Source of the DNA: Squalus acanthias | Taxonomy: Eukaryota | Assembly (NCBI GenBank): GCA_030390025.1 | Contig: CM059433.1 | Span: 28,708,001 to 28,772,000, forward strand | Direction of reading: 5' to 3' | DNA: 64,000 bases | The notes under the pieces: model-generated | The model's input: the letters and a program-made list of their open reading frames with translations, nothing else | The model's database searches: none | What the model was told of the DNA's origin: nothing | Shown here: piece after piece, positions 62,470 through 64,000 of the stretch | How the letters are laid out: each line of letters opens with the position of its first letter | Position numbering within the stretch: the stretch's first letter is position 1 | Program-made: the position numbers and the translations under genes

Positions 62470-64000
62470 TCTGGGTCTGTCACAAACTCCGTAATTGCTC
62501 CCACTGATCCCCCTCTCTGGCCCCGTCACAAACTTCGTACCGTTCCCACTGATCCCCCTCTCTGGCCCCGTCACAAACTCCGTACCGTTCCCACTGATCC
62601 CCCTCTCTGGGTCCGTCACAAACTCTGTACCGTTCCCACTGATCCCCCTCTCTGGCCCCGTCACAAACTTCGTACCATTCCCACTGATCCCCCTCTCTGG
62701 CCCCGTCACAAACTTCGTACCATTCCCACTGATCCCCCTCTCTGGCCCCGTCACAAACTCCGTACCATTCCCACTGATCCCCCTCTCTGGCCCCGTCACA
62801 AACTCCGTACCATTCCCACTGATCCCCCTCTCTGGCCCTGTCACAAACTCCGTACCATTCCCACTGATCCCCCTCTTTGGCCTCGTCACAAACTCTGTAC
62901 CGCTCCCACTGATCCCCCTCTCTGGGTCTGTCACAAACTCCGTACCGTTCCCACTGATCCCCCTCTCTGGTCCCGTCACAAACTCCGTACCGTTCCCACT
63001 GATCCCCCTCTCTGGGTCCGTCACAAACTCTGTACCGTTCCCACTGATCCCCCTCTCTGGGTCCGTCACAAACTCCGTACCATTCCCACTGATCCCCCTC
63101 TCTGGCCCTGTCACAAACTCCGTACCATTCCCACTGATCCCCCTCTCTGGCCCTGTCACAAACTCCGTACCATTCCCACTGATCCCCCTCTCTGGTCCTG
63201 TCACAAACTCCGTACCATTCCCACTGATCCCCCTCTTTGGCCCTGTCACAAACTCCGTACCATTCCCACTGATCCCCCTCTCTGGCCCTGTCACAAACTC
63301 CGTACCATTCCCACTGATCCCCCTCTCTGGTCCTGTCACAAACTCCGTACCATTCCCACTGATCCCCCTCTCTGGTCCTGTCACAAACTCCGTACCATTC
63401 CCACTGATCCCCCTCTCTGGCCCTGTCACAAACTCCGTACCATTCCCACTGATCCCCCTCTCTGGTCCTGTCACAAACTCCGTACCATTCCCACTGATCC
63501 CCCTCTCTAGGTCCGTCACAAACTCCGTACCATTCCCACTGATCCCCCTCTCTGGGTCCGTCACAAACTCCGTACCGCTCCCACTGATCCCCCTCTCTGG
63601 GTCCGTCACAAACTCCGTACCATTCCCACTGATCCCTCTCTCTGGCCCTGTCACAAACTCCGTACCATTCCCACTGATCCCCCTCTCTGGTCCTGTCACA
63701 AACTCCGTACCATTCCCACTGATCCCCCTCTCTGGTCCTGTCACAAACTCCGTACCATTCCCACTGATCCCCCTCTCTAGGTCCGTCACAAACTCCGTAC
63801 CATTCCCACTGATCCCCCTCTCTGGTCCCGTCACAAACTCCGTACCATTCCTACTGATCCCCCTCTCTAGGTCCGTCACAAACTCCGTACCGCTCCCACT
63901 GATCCCCCTCTCTGGCCCTGTCACAAACTCCGTACCATTCCCACTGATCCCCCTCTCTGGCCCTGTCACAAACTCCGTACCACTCCCACAGATCCCCCTC
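62470..64000. repeat. 45-bp minisatellite (ccactgatccccctctctggccccgtcacaaactccgtaccattc), about 34 copies, running off the window end
   Basis: Exact 45-bp period with point variants. It produces the 15-aa-repeat ORF 62431-63969. Confidence 0.97.

Noticed and set aside
62431..63969. 512-aa ORF as a real protein-coding gene
   Set aside because: It is entirely a translation of a 45-bp tandem repeat, with no ATG start or unique domain, and many variants are non-synonymous.

Overview
Eukaryotic (vertebrate) genomic DNA. The repeat content (abundant CR1 LINEs, Deu-domain SINEs, L2 tails) suggests a cartilaginous fish/shark, which is an inference. Almost the whole window is intron of a minus-strand host gene, KHDRBS2 (SLM-1, STAR-family RNA-binding protein). 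Only one exon is visible: 83 bp at 27478-27560, encoding GYDDGYGGEYDDQSYDTYDNSYASQVE, and it is absent from the ORF track. The rest is a dense nest of transposable elements. (1) A near-complete PIF/Harbinger transposon at 5049-9305 has a frameshifted DDE transposase facing a three-exon Myb/SANT gene. (2) Two relics of a second Harbinger lineage keep the Myb gene, and about ten Harbinger-type MITEs are present, most with 3-bp TSDs. (3) Short Penelope-like fold-back insertions with 12-18-bp TSDs carry minimal type I hammerhead ribozyme motifs. (4) A 521-bp solo LTR splits a CR1. (5) There are many CR1/L2 fragments, SINEs and several minisatellites. No CRISPR, rRNA or tRNA gene is present. The most interesting signals are the hammerhead-bearing fold-back elements, the Myb gene architecture shared between Harbinger lineages, and the CRE palindromes and facing splice donors recurring in the MITEs. 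Boundaries of degraded repeats are approximate, and family names are assigned from recognition, not from a database search.
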